Assembly (NCBI GenBank): GCA_017399765.1
Contig: JAFQBH010000014.1
Span: forward strand, 3,162-67,161
Length of the DNA: 64,000 nucleotides
Direction of reading: 5' to 3'
Source: Oscillospiraceae bacterium
GTDB lineage: Bacteria > Bacillota > Clostridia > Oscillospirales > Ruminococcaceae
Made by a program: the position numbers and the translations under genes. Shown in pieces: positions 61,581 through 64,000 of the stretch. Positions within the stretch are counted from its first letter, which is position 1; each line of letters starts with the position of its first letter. The notes below the pieces were generated by a model. It made no database searches. It worked only from the letters and a program-made list of their open reading frames with translations, and had not been told where the DNA came from.

Positions 61581-62095
61581 ACGTTGTTTTAGGAAATATT
61601 GTTTCACTTCTTGCCTGCACCGTGATGGTGCTCATCGGTTTCATCAAAAATAAAAAGCGCTACATAATCGTTCAGAACCTGCAGTTTTTGCTCAACGGAA
61701 CGGCGCACCTTCTTCTCGGCGGCTTCGGCGGCGCAATCGCCAGCGGAATCAGCATTGTCCGAAACCTGATTTTTTCAAAATGGGACTGCACCCCGATCAT
61801 CAAAGTGATCCTTATTGTTTTGCAAACCGCTCTTTCGATCCCCACCATAACCTCGAATCCCATAACCTGGCTTCCGATAATCGCCGCGGCGATGTTCACC
61901 TGGTATATCGACACAAAGGACGTTATGTGGTTCAAATGGGTCATAATAATCACTCTCATCATGTGGGGCGTTTATGACCTTTATCACCAGAATTACGTTT
62001 CCATCTGGTTCCGCATTTTTACTGTTGTTTCCAACGGAATAAGCATGTGGAAAATTCATAAAGACAGAACAGAAAACAAAAAGCTCCCTGCATAA
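61577..62095 (+). CDS. YgjV-family inner membrane protein, paralog 2
   Basis: 172 aa, 4-nt overlap with paralog 1, and shared blocks TVMVLIGFIKNK, NPITWLPII, VVSNGISMW. Confidence 0.7.
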   Translation: MNVVLGNIVSLLACTVMVLIGFIKNKKRYIIVQNLQFLLNGTAHLLLGGFGGAIASGISIVRNLIFSKWDCTPIIKVILIVLQTALSIPTITSNPITWLPIIAAAMFTWYIDTKDVMWFKWVIIITLIMWGVYDLYHQNYVSIWFRIFTVVSNGISMWKIHKDRTENKKLPA

Positions 62096-62112
62096 GGCGG
62101 GGAGCTTTTTTA
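62079..62112. terminator. Bidirectional intrinsic terminator
   Basis: AAAAAGCTCCC-TGCATAAGGC-GGGGAGCTTTTT. Confidence 0.8.
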
Positions 62113-62114
62113 TT

Positions 62115-63833
62115 TTATATGAATTTCCAGTTATCAACATCAAAAACCCCAGTCGGCATTATCCTTACAGAAGGAATTACCGGAAGCGCCATAAAGCTGA
62201 GAGTCATAAACGGATCAACTCCCGGATTGGCACCAAGGGAATATGCCGCGGTCTTTGCCTTTTCAAGGTCGGAATCGATTTTTTCAAGCGGTTCATCGCT
62301 CATGATTCCGGCAATGGGAAGAGAAAGTTCCGCAAGGAGTTTTCCGCCTTCGAAAACAACGATTCCGCCTTTGTTTTCGATAATCCTGTTCACGGCAAGT
62401 ACGATATCGACGTCATTGGCTCCCGCAGCAATTATGTTATGGGAATCGTGGGAAATGCTTGTGGCAACGGCGCCTTTTTTAAGTCCGAAACCGTTTAAAT
62501 AAGCGGCTGTTTTATGACCCGTGTTTTTATGCCTTTCAAAAACCGCAATTTTAAGAATATCGTTTTCAACATCTATCTTATCCGCAGTGCCGCGTTTTTC
62601 GGTAACTATCTGTCCGGAGATCATTCCGATAACAGGTCTTTCGCCGGAAACGGCGATATCTTTTTCTGTGATTTTTTCAATATTAAAAGTGTTGTGTGCC
62701 TTTTCATCAAGTTCCGGAGCAATTTTCGGAACAGCAAAATCGATCACTTTTCCGTTTTCAAAAACAGCTTTTCCGTTTTTATAAACAGCTTCGATATCAA
62801 GATTTCCAATGCTGTCTGCAATGATGAAATCCGCCTTGTATCCGGGCGCGATTGCGCCTTTTTTATCAAGGGCGAAATATTCCGCGGCGTTGAAAGAAGC
62901 GGCTTTAACGGCGATTTCCGGGCTTGCGCCGGCCTTTACCGCCTTTCTTACGATATTATCAATATGTCCCGCTTTAAGAATATCGTTCGGGTGGCGGTCA
63001 TCGCAGCAGAACATACATCTGTCTTCATACTGAAGGTCAAGAAGAGGAAGCAAAGCATCAAGATTTTTCGCAGCGGTTCCTTCACGGATCATAATATGCT
63101 GTCCCCGTTCGATTTTTTCAAGGGCTTCATCAGGATCGGTACATTCGTGGTCGGAATAAACTCCGGCAGCGGCATAGGCGTTAAGCCCGTTTCCGGATAC
63201 TCCCGGTGCGTGTCCGTCGGTTTTCTTCTTGAAATTTTCCGCAAAGGAAATTTTATCAAGAACCGCTTTGCTTCCGGAAACAACTCCCGGAAAATTCATC
63301 ATTTCCGCAAGTCCCGCAACTCTTGGGTTTTCATAAAACCGCGCAATATCCTCATATTCAAGCACCGCTCCGCTTTCATCAAGAGGCGTTGCCGGAACAC
63401 AGGAAGGAAGCATTATCATAACATCAAGGGGCAGATTTTCCGTTGCTTCGATCATATATTCAATTCCGTCCGTTCCCATTACGTTTGCAATTTCGTGCGG
63501 GTCGCAGACAACTGTTGTGGTTCCGTGGGGCAAAAGAGCCTTCGCAAGTTCCGCCGGGGAAGCAAGGGAACTTTCCAGATGAAGGTGGGCATCAATAAAA
63601 CCCGGAAGAACAATTTTTCCGGAAACGTCGATTTCCTTTTCACCGCAGTAAGTTCCGATGCCGGCAAAAATACCTTTTTCAACGGCTATATCGCCCATGC
63701 AGATTTTCTTGCTGAAAACATTTACATAGGAGGCATTTTTCAGCACCAGCTCCGCAGGCTTTTCGCCAATGGCGGCTTTGATTATCTGCTGTTTTTCTTC
63801 GGTTGCAAGGTCAAGTTTTTCTTTATCAAACAT
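62115..63833 (-). CDS. ade: Adenine deaminase
   Basis: 572 aa. PGFIDAHLHLESS metal motif, amidohydrolase fold, Ade-type C-domain. Confidence 0.9.
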   Translation of the reverse strand: MFDKEKLDLATEEKQQIIKAAIGEKPAELVLKNASYVNVFSKKICMGDIAVEKGIFAGIGTYCGEKEIDVSGKIVLPGFIDAHLHLESSLASPAELAKALLPHGTTTVVCDPHEIANVMGTDGIEYMIEATENLPLDVMIMLPSCVPATPLDESGAVLEYEDIARFYENPRVAGLAEMMNFPGVVSGSKAVLDKISFAENFKKKTDGHAPGVSGNGLNAYAAAGVYSDHECTDPDEALEKIERGQHIMIREGTAAKNLDALLPLLDLQYEDRCMFCCDDRHPNDILKAGHIDNIVRKAVKAGASPEIAVKAASFNAAEYFALDKKGAIAPGYKADFIIADSIGNLDIEAVYKNGKAVFENGKVIDFAVPKIAPELDEKAHNTFNIEKITEKDIAVSGERPVIGMISGQIVTEKRGTADKIDVENDILKIAVFERHKNTGHKTAAYLNGFGLKKGAVATSISHDSHNIIAAGANDVDIVLAVNRIIENKGGIVVFEGGKLLAELSLPIAGIMSDEPLEKIDSDLEKAKTAAYSLGANPGVDPFMTLSFMALPVIPSVRIMPTGVFDVDNWKFI

Positions 63834-63864
63834 TTTTTCACCCGCCTTTTTCTTTCATAAATCC

Positions 63865-63893
63865 ATTATATTATGGCTTTTTTGGGGTGTCAA
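63865..63893 (-). promoter_or_regulatory. Consensus sigma-A promoter of ade
   Basis: Minus strand TTGACA-17 nt-TATAAT. Confidence 0.6.
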
Positions 63894-64000
63894 CCGCAAA
63901 AAAGACATATTTTCGCCCCGATGCTTGACAAATTCCTTAAAACAGATTAACATTTCCATATGCGCAATTTTGCAAAATCTATTTATAAAACAGGAGATTT

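Noticed and set aside
1-64000. Many very long antisense ORFs mirror real genes. Examples are 42570-43844(+) versus 42594-43868(-), both 424 aa, and also 15490-17061, 21530-22852, 47114-48508, 62514-63860, 54571-55644 and 37146-38657.
   Set aside because: Their products are low-complexity (F/G/K/N/R-rich), lack RBSs and known motifs, and always lie opposite a gene with clear family signatures. The open antisense frames are explained by codon bias: TTA, CTA and TCA are rare in the sense frame. They are not overlapping genes.
63834-64000. A purine riboswitch was expected upstream of adenine deaminase, and likewise upstream of the uracil permease.
   Set aside because: The ade leader after the TTGACA-17-TATAAT promoter is only ~30 nt and has no three-way junction. 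pyrP follows pyrR after just 30 nt and is covered by the PyrR attenuator.
1-64000. Search for mobile elements, prophage, integrases, toxin-antitoxin pairs and known defence systems.
   Set aside because: No transposase, integrase, recombinase, phage structural, restriction-modification or cas-like proteins were recognised in any frame. The region reads as conserved chromosomal backbone.

Overview
This 64-kb window looks like ordinary chromosomal backbone of a spore-forming Firmicute (Clostridia-like). The evidence for that is spoVT, the conserved darA-holB-ricT / rsmI block, clostridial 2x[4Fe-4S] ferredoxins and a type III glutamine synthetase. I call about 63 protein genes, one tRNA-Leu(UAA), an FMN riboswitch upstream of ribU, a probable preQ1-I riboswitch upstream of queT, a PyrR attenuator, a CsoR-type operator, and many near-consensus sigma-A promoters and intrinsic terminators. 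I saw no integrase, transposase, CRISPR array, prophage or recognisable defence island. There is therefore no clear-cut novel system. The items most worth a second look are listed here.
(1) A ~340-nt GC-rich, hairpin-dense stretch with no convincing ORF at 52550-52897, between a GNAT gene and its terminator.
(2) The unusual mgtE / ygjV intergenic architecture. It contains a 25-nt perfect palindrome, a 7-nt-periodic TGCA array, two copies of a two-hairpin repeat with structure-preserving differences, and a consensus promoter followed directly by a terminator.
(3) A Cys/Asp dipeptide-repeat zinc-ribbon protein next to efp.
(4) An XRE regulator fused to a desulfoferrodoxin-like domain with a degenerate active site.
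(5) A protein with an Rx4H (HEPN-like) N-terminal domain fused to a CBS pair.
(6) A radical-SAM / DUF4130-like / GNAT operon.
All family assignments come from motif recognition by eye. No database search was run.
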